From contig JAHRHZ010000085.1 of assembly GCA_024137785.1 (NCBI GenBank), positions 3,031,533 to 3,095,532 on the forward strand: DNA of 64,000 nt, given 5' to 3'. This DNA comes from Ginglymostoma cirratum (Eukaryota). Below, one piece after another: positions 52,031-63,961 of the stretch. Both the position numbers and the translations under genes were made by a program. Under the pieces are notes generated by a model. The model was not told the origin of the DNA and did no database searches. It was given only the letters and a program-made list of their open reading frames with translations. Position 1 is the first letter of the stretch. Each line of letters starts with the position of its first letter.

Positions 52031-52281
52031 ACGTACAGACAACAGCAGTTATAGCAAAATCTCACCCGAGATGGTGAAACTACTGTCGGAGTCCGTCTCC
52101 ACTCACATGACCCACCAGACTTGGGTGCAATATCGGCCACCCCAATACAAAACTCCATCCTTGAATTTTTTTACCTGCGTCCACGTAACGATAATATCCT
52201 TTCGTTGAGAACATTTTTCTCCGAATTTCAATTCAGCCGCAGGATACAACTCAGGCCCTTTCAAAGAAAGCACATGTTTCC

Positions 52282-52555
52282 GTGGCACGGTGGCTCAGTG
52301 TTTGGCACTGCTGCCTCCCAGTGCCAGGGATCCGTGTTCGAGATGGTGACTGTCTGTGTGGGTTTTTACCGTTTCCTCCCGCAGCCCAAAGGTGTGCAGG
52401 TTCGGTGGGTTGGTCATTGTCTGCAGTGTCCAGGGATATGCAGGTAAAGGTGTGTTAGCCGTGGGAATGCGGGGTGGAGATGTGGCGGGGTAACGGCAAT
52501 GGGGTGCGATGCTCTTCAGAGGGTTGATGCACTACACTATAGGGATTCTATGATT
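52282..52555 (+). mobile_element. V-SINE/HE1-type SINE
   Basis: gtggcacggtggctcagtg head, tgactgtctgtgtg...tttcctccc core, gggattctatgattc tail. Confidence 0.75.
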
Positions 52556-52734
52556 CAAAGCCATTTGTAATTTAACTGGGGTTTGAAAGATACCAGGACT
52601 TCGTAAGAAACTGATGTAAATCATTCATTCAACTGAATGAGTATTTGCCCTGGCTCTTCGACCAATGACTTAATTGTGTAAAAACGCAATATTCTTATTT
52701 CTTGCGGTGGACGTACCGGTGATGGATTCAGGTG

Positions 52735-52872
52735 GACAAAGTCAGAAGTCGCAAGACATCATGTTATAGTCCAACAGGTGTATTCACCTGACGAAGCAGC
52801 AGCGATATGAAAGCTTGTGATTTCAAATAAACCTGGTGGACTATGACCTGGTGTCATCTGACTTCTGACATT
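52735..52872 (+). mobile_element. Short inverted-repeat element with degenerate hammerhead motif (third family)
   Basis: gtcagaagtc...tatagtccaacaggt / acctggtggactatgacc...gacttctgac inverted arms around CTGACGA...GAAAGCTT. Confidence 0.6.
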
Positions 52873-54426
52873 TCTTGCAGGTTGCCATTTGTTTCATTAA
52901 ATGAAGTTGCTGGCACGCTGCTTGTTGAGTGATGTGGATTTGCATAATTTTGTTTATGTTTCGAGCAGCCCTGGGACAAAGTTTCCACTTTCCCTGGCGG
53001 AGACTCCCACTGAGATTTACAAAAACGCTGCACTGAACATTTAGCTCAGACGTCCATCGAATCCAAGGCATGACCATGGTGATGGAACGCATGTTAAGTT
53101 GTAGATCAGTCATTGCTTCAGTCTGATCCAGCTCTTTAGTTACGAAGCGCTTTTAGACGGAAATTGAGATGAGTTCAATTCACATGTCCAGGGCAAATAC
53201 ATAATAGTGAATAACATTTTGTTTATTCACTGCTTTGGGGAATCTCAGACAGTGTTTCTTTGTTGAAGCTTTAAGATAGTAAATGTCTTGTCTGTCACTT
53301 TCACTGCTTTATCCTAATGCCGTCCTTCTCAGTTCTGTGGGAGCTGTAGCCATTCAGGCAAGTAGCGAGATTTCAGTAAACTCCTGAATTCTACTGTTTC
53401 CAGAGAAGTGATGTACTTCCAAGCAACGATACGGATCAGCAAAGAGCGATCCCCGCCCTGTTTCTGAAACTCTCCTGTATTCCCTCCCCAACTGCTCACT
53501 CGATTTATCTGCGCCATGTTACCGACAGCGGATTAAGAAAGCAGCCCGAGACGGCTTTCTCGGGGACATTGAGGTGTTTCCCATAAGTACTGGCCCAGCC
53601 AACAACGTCCTCATTCCGTTAAGGCATTACAATAAAAGTTGTGTTGTCAGCTTCATTTCAAGAGCCAACCCGATTTTGATGTCTGGAAAGAACATAAAAA
53701 CCCTAATAGAGCATTAAAAAAGAAATAATAAGATTCACGGGCTATTCATGCGTTGGTTTGCTTATAACATTGTTAAATAAAATTTCCACTTTTCTGCTTA
53801 TGCATGAGAGTAGAAGCTGTGAAGTTAATTGGGTGGAATGAGCTCGTGCTATATTTTGGGATAGGAATCAGACAAAGAGCTGCGGATACCGGGGATCTGA
53901 AACAAAGACAGACATTGCGAGAGAAACTTAATAGTTTTGAGCTCAGACTCTGGTGGTCGGATCAGATACTTCTTGTTTGGAGAGCAAAGATCGCCAGCTC
54001 TCGTGATGTTTATCATTACGCAACATAAATAACAGAATGCTAAAACCTATCAAACCAGACAGTGTAAAATAAAAGTGTTTAGAATTATTTTAAAAGAAGT
54101 ATGAAACCTGCAGTCGAGGGAAGTTGCATTTCGTGACCTGAGCTGAACCCGAGAACGTTTCCACTTGCGTGTCCGCTCGGCTAAGTGGGACGTATTGCAC
54201 AATGAACAGAAATGTCACTGGCTCATAGGCTGCTCTCTGAGTCAGGAGAACGAACATGTCCATTCAGTGCTTTTGCTAATGCGCTGAGCATAAAAAGAGA
54301 AAGAAACAACTGCGTTTGTGCTTCGAAGTGACTTCACTTTATGTGAGAATATGACGCGTATGTGTTTAATTAGCAGAGGCCCTTTCAATCGCCATTTCAA
54401 AGCAGCAGCTATCTTCAAAATATCAT

Positions 54427-54563
54427 AGATAGTAGGAACTGCCGATGCTGGAGTCTGATATAACAGAGTATGGATCTGGAGGAACACGGCAGGCCAGGCG
54501 GAATCAGAGCAGCAGGGTCCCGACTCGAACGTCAGCTTTCCTGCCCCTCTGATGCTGCCTGGC
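54427..54563. mobile_element. Hairpin Penelope-terminus-derived element with TSD
   Basis: cttcaaaatatcat (54413-54426) / cttcaaaatattat (54564-54577), with inverted arms. Confidence 0.7.
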
Positions 54564-54989
54564 CTTCAAAATATTATCCTGTGTTTCTCACTGCAGGCTC
54601 TCATGTTGAATAATAATGGGAGTATCCAGCGCAAGGCTTACTGAATAAATCGACCTCAAAATTCTCGGAATTATAGCATGTTAGGAATATGTATCAACTT
54701 TGTTTATTCTTTTACGGATAACCTATCGTCGACCATTAATAAATCATATTTTTCGACAAGACATCAGGTCAGAATCGCTATCGTGCATAAAGAGCCCATT
54801 CGGCCCATCGCCGGTACACTGGCATTGAGATCAATATCCCACCCAATGGCCAGACTGAATATTCACTAAATATACGATTTACTTCAATTATTTAATAAGC
54901 CCTGGTGTTGTCCAAACACTGAATAAATTGTTCCTGTCTTTAAATCATATAATCCTTCCAGGCCGGTGGGAGGCCCTTTCGCCCATCGA

Positions 54990-55230
54990 GTCTACACAGA
55001 TGCTGCAAAGAGCGTCCCACCCAATCCCTGTAGCCCACATTTACCATGGCTCACCCACCTCTCCTACAGACACCAGGCCAATCCACCTCACCTGCACATC
55101 TTTGGGCTGTGGCAGGAAACTCACACAGACATGGGGAGAATGTGTAAACTCCACACAGACAGTCGCCCAAAGCTGGAATCGAACCCCAGTCGCAGGCGTT
55201 ATGAGGCTAATGACTGTACCACCATGCCAC
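54990..55230 (-). mobile_element. V-SINE/HE1-type SINE
   Basis: Minus strand gcgactgtctgtgtggagtttacacattctccccatgtctgtgtgagtttcctgccacagcccaaagatgtgcagg. Confidence 0.75.
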
Positions 55231-55775
55231 ATAATTGGAACCTCGTGATGACATCGATAAATAAACTGATAGAATTATTTGAGACAACAAGGTGTAGAGC
55301 TGAATGACCACAGCAGGCCAAGCAGCATCAGAGGAGCAGGAAATCTGACTTTTCCGATTGAGGTTGGAAATGAAGTAGTCCAACAACGTAGAGTTAGAAT
55401 CCTAAAGCTAAACAAAGGAAAACACAGAATTGTGAAGGATGATTTGATTACCATTGGTGTGTCACTTCATTAAAAGACATGACAGTGGCTGAGAATTGGT
55501 GAATATGTAAGGAATTAATGCAGGCTGCGCAACACCACATCTATATCTGGTGCAACATATGTATCAGGAAGGTTGCAGCAACAATGGTGGGCAATATAAA
55601 TGTTCATTAACGCACAAGTGAGACTTGAACCCAGGCTTCCTGGATCAAACGTACTGCATTACTGTCATTGGCCAGAACCATGCTCAGACCAGTGCTCCAG
55701 TTGCTAGCATAACTAGGTAAATAGAGAAGGTTTTAAACTGAATAGTGGGGGCAAAGGATCACATGTGGAAAGATG

Positions 55776-55873
55776 AGAGATAACAAGCATGGGGCTGGAT
55801 GAACATAGCAGGTCAAGCAGCATCATAGGAGCAGGAAAACTTGACGTTTCGGGCCTAAACCCTTCATCAGAAA
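55776..55873 (-). mobile_element. ~100-bp hammerhead-motif element with 13-bp TSD
   Basis: Nearly identical to 46233-46334. atgtggaaagatg at 55763-55775 and 55874-55886. Confidence 0.85.
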
Positions 55874-56044
55874 ATGTGGAAAGATGTTGTCTATCAGAAG
55901 CAAATGCAAGTGAAGAAGGGAAAATAAGAATAAGGGGAATGAGGGACAGAGAAAGGCACAACGGGCAGCAAGAGACACTGAAAAGGAATATATTACCAAT
56001 CATGATAATGTACTCCAAAATTAACAAAAAAGAAAAAACCTAAA

Positions 56045-56365
56045 GCACTGTGCAAGCAATTTGGCCCATTGAGTCCACAGCAATCCCTGAAGAGCATCCC
56101 ACACCAGACCCACACCCCGAACTTTATCCCTGTAACCCTGTATATCCCATGGCTAATACACCTGTCCTGAACATTCCCAGACAACATGGACAAGTTTGCA
56201 CGGCCAATGCACGTAACCTGCCCATCTTTGGACAGTCGGAGGAAACCGGCACACCCGGAGGAAACACGCGCAGACACAGGTGGAATGTGCAAAATCCACC
56301 CAAACAGTCTCCTGAGGTTGGAATCAAAACCGGGTCCTGGTACTGTGTTAATCACTGAGCCACTG
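56045..56365 (-). mobile_element. V-SINE/HE1-type SINE
   Basis: Minus strand gtgtctgcgcgtgtttcctccgggtgtgccggtttcctcc...gtccaaagat. Confidence 0.8.
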
Positions 56366-56939
56366 TCTCACATCCCACGACCACAGCAAAACTGAAGGAT
56401 CAATGATAACTTTCCAAATCAGATGGAGGGCAATATACAGGTGTTTGTGTTCCCATGTATCTGCTCTCCTGTTATTTTGGACAACAGTGGGTATGGATTT
56501 CGAAGGTGGTCTTCAAAGATTCATGGATTTGTCAGCGCAAACTTGGACATTGTTCAGGTTTTACCACATTTGCACCTGGACTCTTCCAGTAACTGAGGCC
56601 ATGTCAATGCTGCTGATCATTGTGCAATTATCAGTGAATGTCTCTAACACTGGTGTAATAGTTGAAGGAAGGTCTTTGATGAAGGACGTGAAGATGTTTG
56701 GGCCAAGGAATCTAACCCAAGGGCCACCATCAGAGATATCCTAGATATGAGGTGACTGAAATCCAACAATCCGACCCATCTTCCTGCATGCTAATTATGA
56801 CTCTAACCAGTGGAGATTTCCATCAATTCCCATTCACTCCAGTTTTGTATGGGATCCTTGATGCTAAACCCAATCAAATGCAGCCTTGATATCAAGACCT
56901 GTCACTCTTCCCTCATCTTCTGTTGATTTCTTTTTCCAT

Positions 56940-57500
56940 CGAGTCGTGGAGCATGGAAACAAACCGTTCGGTCCAACATTTCCATTCCGATCAAGTTTTC
57001 CAAACCAAACTAGTCCCATTTGCCTGCACTCGGCCCATATTACATAAAACCATTCCTATTCATGTATCTGTCCAAATCTCCATTAAATTGTGTAACTCAA
57101 CCTGCATTTATCCCTTGGTCTGGCATTTGATTCCATAATGAACCACACGCTGTGTGAAAAATGATGCCTCTCAGGTTCCTTTAAAACCTTTCTGCTCTCA
57201 CCTTAAAATCTGATTCCAAGTTTTGAATTCCCCTGATCGAGGGAAACGTCCCTTGCTCCTCACCTCAACGAGACGTGATTTCATAATCATCTGTAACATC
57301 ACCCCTCAGCCTCCTATGCTCCAGTGAAAAAAGGTCCCAGCCTGTCCAGTCTCTCCTCATAACTCAACTGCTCCAGTCCCAATAACATCCTTTTAAATCT
57401 GTTCTGCACATTCTCCAATTTAATAATATTCCTCCTGAATTGTGCACAGTAATCCAAAAGTGGCCTCACCAAAGTCCTGTACAAAATGATCCAAGTCATT
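56940..57500 (-). mobile_element. CR1 LINE 3' end
   Basis: LYRTLVRPLLDYCAQF...IKLENVQNRFKRMLLGLEQLSYEERLDRLG. Confidence 0.85.
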
Positions 57501-58005
57501 CATGAAGTCAATAGCTGAGTGGAAATTGAACTGAGTATAATTGAGTTCGTTATGGAAGGACCAGTATTAGCACTGTGGATGTCAGCCAACTTTTTACATA
57601 TGAAGAAGACGATCTTGATAGGGCAGTAATGGGTTGGGTTGGATTTACCCTGTGTCCTTTCCTCAGAGGAAATAAAAATCCTCATCTCTGTCCAAAAATG
57701 CAACCACTAATTTTAAAACAGCATCCTCGGCATCTGGACTCACCCTCCCTCTATGGAAAATAAAATGGTGCATACATAGTACATACGGAGGACGCAAATT
57801 AGATGAAGTAATACATAGAAAGATAATACACAGAATATAGAGTGTAGAAAGGTAATTTATAAAATAGATGGAGTGTCCTAGGAAAACATAATGGCAGAAG
57901 TTAATCATGAATGTAATAATCGAAAAAGCACAATATCTTAGGGTAGAAAACCACTGTGGCTAACAAGTGAAGCAGAAGATGAGCAGCCTTGAAGAGATAA
58001 CAAAC

Positions 58006-58113
58006 GCTAACATAATTGGTCATACTGATAACTTTGGAAAAACATGATAACTGAGAAAAGCTAACATAATTGGTCATACTGATAACTTTAGAAAAACATG
58101 ATAATTGAGAAAA
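58006..58113. repeat. 54-bp tandem duplication
   Basis: gctaacataattggtcatactgataacttt.gaaaaacatgataa.tgagaaaa starts at 58006 and 58060. Confidence 0.9.
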
Positions 58114-60389
58114 GGTATAAAGAAGAATAGGCCCTGAGGGGCGTGGGCGATCTGAAAACTGCATTCTGATTGTCACAGCTTTTACTTGCAAATAAAAGTT
58201 TACGTTATTGAATACTTCTCTACGTCTCCTGGTGATTCTCCACGACACCTCATGGCAGGTATAAAACACAGAGAACGCTGGAGAGAGAAAGAGAGAGAAT
58301 GTTTGAATCTGGTATGACTTCTTCAATCATATCAGACTTGAAATGTTAACACTGTTTTTCTATTCACAAACCTGCTGAGTTTCTCTTGAAATTTCTGTTT
58401 TCATTTGTTGCAATTTTCGATATTGTCTGGTAGAATCTAGTAACGCTGCTGTGCTTGAACAGCTTGTCAAGGGACCCCGACATATCTGGAGTATATGTCT
58501 TCAGTACTATTGCTGGACTGTTGTCAGGGCCAATAACTTTTGCATCATTTAGTCATATCATGTAGAGTGAAATGAATTCGCTGACAACTAGCATTAGTGA
58601 TGCTTTAGACATTTTGAAGAGGTCAGTAAGCCCATCCACTCAGCACTTCTGGCTGAAGTTTGTTGGAAATGATTCAGCGTCATCTTTTGCAAAAAAATGT
58701 GTTGGATTCCACATCAAAAAGAGTGAGAATATTTGTGGAGCCGCCTACTCCAGTAAGTTGTTTCATCGTTTAACACCTCTCATAACTGGATGTGGCAGTA
58801 TGTAAAATTACATCCCTGGCCTGGTCGCTGTGAAATTGACTAACCAATTCTATCACTTGCTGCATTTACCATTTGACATGCATGATGTCCTAGCTGCCAC
58901 AGACCAAACGGTATGTAGTTTGGGAATCTGGGTGATGACTTTTGGAGAATTTCACAACAAGTAGTTGAAAGACATCACAATGATGGCTGCAAGTTTCACT
59001 TTGTAATGTCAGAGGAATATTGCTTTACATCGCCGTCTGTGCCTCACCTGAGTTTCTCTAAAATAGACATAACTATGGTTATCCAATCACGTTAAAGAAT
59101 CAATTAGCTCATAACCAAGTTTGTTTCATTTTTCTCATCTTCACTGCTACTTTGGCTGATTCTCCAAATTGTTTAAAAATACTTCTCTTTTCTTTTGTAC
59201 AACCATGCAAGAATTGAAGTTTCTGAATCAATCTAATTGCTCACAATGGATCTGTTACCAACAGTGCTGTAAGTAAAATAGAAGACCACTTTAAAGTCCA
59301 TATTGGATCCAGTCTAAAATGTTGATGTCCAAGTCTCTCTTCGATACATTGAATCCTGACTCACACTTTGTCTCTTTGTGTTGCATTTGAAGAGATATGA
59401 CTACCCCCAGGATAACAAGGTGCAGAGCTGGATGAACACAGCAATCCAAGCAGCATCAGAGGAGTAGGTAAGCTAACGTTTCAGGTCTGGACCTTTCTTC
59501 AGAAAAAATGAACCCACTCTCTATGACTTCATCTATATCTCTTATCTTCTGACAGTCATCCATCTCTATTGAAACCCCTGACTATTCCCTTTATGGAAAC
59601 TTAAACAATGAAGCAATTTACTTACACTTATCCAATTTACTGTCAATGATGGGAACAGTTTCCTCCATCTGCTCCATCCAGAACTCTCATTATGTTGAAC
59701 ATTGTAACAGATTCCCTCTTGACACACTTCTCTACATGCAGACCAATTCCAAGCTCACCAATCTATCCTCATAACTGAAGTTCATCAGCCCTGCAACATT
59801 TCTTGTAACTCTTGTTTACAATCTCTCCGTTGCATTCACATCTTCCTCTAATGTATTTTCCAAAATGACTACCATTGTCTGGCTGAAGTCTAATGCATGT
59901 TTTCTGTATGTTCATGTATTTATGTGCTGAGTATGTTCAGCATCAGCTCCTTGCTCTTGCACGCTATTCCTCCATTCGTAAATACCAGAATACTCTCTAC
60001 AAGCGGCTTTGGATGAAAATATATTGTCACAAATTTTTAGCGTCTGATCTTCTCCTGCGAGACTGTCATAGAATGTTGGCTCGAAATCATTGGTGGATTA
60101 AGAATGCCACATTGGCCTCAAATGTGTGGATGATGGGCAACAATTTTTTGAACATACTTTGACAATAATATTTTGCAAGCAGATTGTCAGCCATTAATTG
60201 AAACCAATAAAACAGTCATCAAAAGGATGGATTCATGAAACATTGTTGAAAGAAAATAACTCTTTGAACAAATTTTTAAGCGAAATGAAGGCTTATGAGT
60301 GGACAGTCGCTGAATAAAATGTATAAGCAAAGATATGTATAATACACACATTGCTTGGATCTTTTAAGCACATTCTTGTTTTCGTAATT

Positions 60390-63300
60390 TAGCATCTGAT
60401 TTGCAGCCGTTTATAATGAAATTGTTCCTTTGTGTTTGGTTGTTGACAATAGCTGGGACCCATTCAAATTTGAGCAAAGTAATCGCTTTTTATTGTCTGT
60501 TGTGCTGTGCTTTCGCTGTGAACACAGTGTGTAAAATAATTTCATATTTCCTCAAATAACATTGAAGACAAAGTGTTAAACAAAATTCCAGTCTCATCTC
60601 AAAACTACCTTTTTCGAATGAACCCAATAAATGTGCCTACACAAATCTTGAGAAAAGCAATACATTTTTGTACAGAGTCTTTTCTTCTGTTTCAGAAATC
60701 CATTGTCCTTTGAATCTACCAGATCAAGGACAAGATATATCAGTTTGTCTTCATCTATATATCATCTTTTATGCTGTTCATGTTTATCATCCGTTAAGTT
60801 TATTTTCTGAAGTCAAGAATGAAGCATCCATATTGTAATCAACATTTGCTATGTTTGGCTTTGCTAACAAAAAGTACAGCCTTAATCGTCTCAAGTGTCT
60901 GTTCCAATCTGCTTCTCGCCAGTGGACAAAGAGTTTAATTTTGTTTCATCTCAGAATAAACTTCATTTTTAATATGATGAAAATCAGCAGAAGAGCTGTG
61001 TCCGCATCCAGTTCCCTGGAAAACAAAATGCTTTTTTTCTCCCCATCATTTTGAAATTTAAATGTTTCAGATGAGAAAAATCTTCGACAAAATCACACTC
61101 TGTCATGATCTGATGAAGAACAATTTATATCGAAATTAAAATGGAATTTGTTTAAATTTACATTGAAAATATTTTTGAATAACCTTTTACTACATTCAGA
61201 AAGAAAAGTGAAAAATGCCAACTGTGTGAATTGACTTTTCTCTCCATGGATACTGCCTGACCCGCTGTGATCACCAGCACTTTTTGTTTTCAGTGACTTT
61301 TCTTCCTCTTTACCAATGTATACACAGTGCAGCAACTGCATTAACACGAGAGTTCCCCCATATGCAGAGTTCACTGTTTTCACATATGATCATTAGAGCT
61401 TTAAAAAGGGTTTAAACACCTATTAAGACGTAAAACACACATGAAATAAGTTGAGTCCCTGCAAGGAAAAGGTGTTTACGTCAATAGCCCATCCAGAGAC
61501 AATGTCTGAGAAATTTGAAAGTTGAGGTGAAGGTCCAGTGTATTTCCACAGAATGCTCGAGAGACACGTGAAATTGCAAAGCATTCTCTGCAGTTGTCAA
61601 CTTCTATTTGGTAGTTTCTTCATCAAGTTTGGAACGTGTCCCAGTAATACAACGGGGAACATGGCCATGTAGATTGCAACGAAAGAAATTACCATTATCC
61701 GTGTTAGCTCTTTATTGTCTCCAGAACAAATCAAGAAAATTAACTGCTGTTTCAATGCTCTCTGATTTTGATAATGCTGCTCAATAATATGAAATGCTTG
61801 AATCTGTAACTGGAGAGCTGCATGTGAAACAATGAAACTTTTCAGACAGATAGGATTTCTGTTTTTATATCCTTTAATTACCAACATTCAGATCTCTAAA
61901 CGAGTAAATTTGTGCAGTTGTATGGAACTGCCCTGTTGAGAATTTAATTCAAACAATTTTAATGAAAAATAAATCTGGTGAATAAAGAATAACAGCAGCA
62001 ACCGAGACCAAAACTCTAAACAAAAGAAAACAGAAAGAACTGCAGAAGCTGGAAATCAGAAACAGAAACAGAAATTGCTGGAAAATCCCAGCCAGTCCGT
62101 CAGCACTTGTGGAGACAAAACAGCGTTAACATAGCAGATCCAGTGACCATTCTTCAGAACCAAAACTCTGTTGAGCTCTTTTTAAGAATCTAATTGCGCC
62201 AAAGATGTGTATTAAGGAAAACAATCCCACTGTTCCCACCCGGAGCTCATTGTAGTCCCAAACTAAAGTGTGTGATTGTTATGTTTGTTTTGAAGTAGCT
62301 GTCACCATCTTTCTGTTTTATCAACATGTTCTCAGCTGATCACAAATACGTCCAGCTTTGCCCTTTCCATGAAGTTTAAGCGATCTACTGTTCTTGACTT
62401 TCTCAGCGTCATTCATGTTCCGAGGAGTAATAAACGCACACCACAGCTGCAAATTGATTTTTTTTCAAGCTTCTCACAACTACAGCTTATTGTGCTGACG
62501 GAGAGAAGATCCTTCATGGACAAATTGATGAAGCAATCCAGCTTGTGAAAGAGACAGCGTGCACACCATAAGTAATGATTTGCTGGAGTGTGTCTCTATG
62601 AGTTAATAATAGAGCAAAGGGCATGGAATACACTCATGCAAATGGTGCATGAAGGAGGCTGTCATTATTGAGTTTACTTTCAGCTACAGGTCTATCATTC
62701 AGAAGGAGTGTACCTTCTTGATAACGTTCCTGAAAAAATCTGTTCTCCCCCCTAGCATGGTATAGCTTGGTATTCACAAAGGAACCAGCAAAGCGGCCTT
62801 GCAAATTGCAACTGACAGTTAACAGTTTGAAACATCTGAACATCATGGGTTAAAAGTGAAAATATGTCTATTTTATGAGACTTTATACAAGTGTTTCAAA
62901 TATCTCAATTTTTAGTGAAACGTATCATACAGCTAGATTGCAAAACAAAGCTGATGCAGCAAACAAAATAGTCTTACCTTCCATTCTTGTTGGATTTTTT
63001 ATTTATTTTCTGCGTGCGTGGTGAGATACAAAATTTGTATGAGTTGACAAGAGAGTGTTGATGTTTGCATCTCTGCGCAAGCCAATGAAACTGAATGTTT
63101 TTTTTGGGTGTAAGTTTTAAATTTGGCAAATATTTTTCAATATATCTCAATATCATGGAGATGAATACATTTATGAAATGAGATTTTATGAGTTGAAACT
63201 GCGGAAACACCTTTTTTAACTGAAGTTCACGCGTGCAGGTGTAACTCTGTAACGGTCCGATTCAAGTCTAATATTTGATTTGAAGCAAATCATGTGTTTT

Positions 63301-63961
63301 GACGTATTTTCACCTCCAATGGTTATTCTAATTGTCCAGTGCAGAATTTGGGATCCCTATTCTGTGAAACTTCATGGCAAATTTTCCTCAGTACCTGCCT
63401 GTTAAATATTTCATTTAACATGGATATTACCATCCATATCGTTGAATATAATGAATAGAAACGCTTCCCGATCACAGTGGTGAGCATTATAATTGCAAAC
63501 GCAACACGGACATATCCAATGATCATAACCGCGTTGATTTTCGATGCAAATGTTGTAAGGTTGATGTAAAAACAAAAGTAGAAACTGGAGCATAAAGCAG
63601 ACATAAACAGACCTGAATATCACATTCACAAACCATTGTTTTTTTTAATATTACGTCTTGGTCATAAGGTTGTACATTCTTTTGCAACAGTGTAACTGAC
63701 ATTTGCTGGAAATGAGCTCGAAACATGATCTCCTTGACAAATGTCAACAGTGCAGCACTCGCCTGGGCCTGACACATCGAAGGAGGTGAAAAACTCACAA
63801 CATCCGTTGCTGTTTACTTGTTCATTTCGAAATCCAACCAAGATTTTTGTATCATTTTTGTGCCAAGGAACACTGAAGTTATTTTGGTCATTGGCAGAAG
63901 TCCTGCAGAGATAAAGGTTTTTCTGACAATACTAGCACAATTTTCAAGTGATCTGGTGAAG
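60390..63961 (-). pseudogene. Copy C: heavily decayed paralog (C1, TM, linker and tail remnants; V and leader would lie beyond the window)
   Basis: C1 63961-63670 (ASPDHLKIV.../CRTSA...WHKND...ICQGDHVSSSFPANVSYTV, frameshifted). TM 63552-63440 (TFASKINAVMIIGYVRVAFAIIMLTTVIGKR; acceptor AA, donor AT, 113 nt). Linker 63017-62978. Tail 1 from 60773 (HKR*YIDEDKLIYLVLDLVDSKD). Tail 2 from 60515, with TAA 60413-60411 at the Tyr of LYAAV. Confidence 0.8.

Noticed and set aside
53329-53520. Minus-strand aacATGGCG...CGA|gtgagc as a first coding exon
   Set aside because: It has only 6 codons, phase 0, no compatible downstream exon identified and no recognisable homology.
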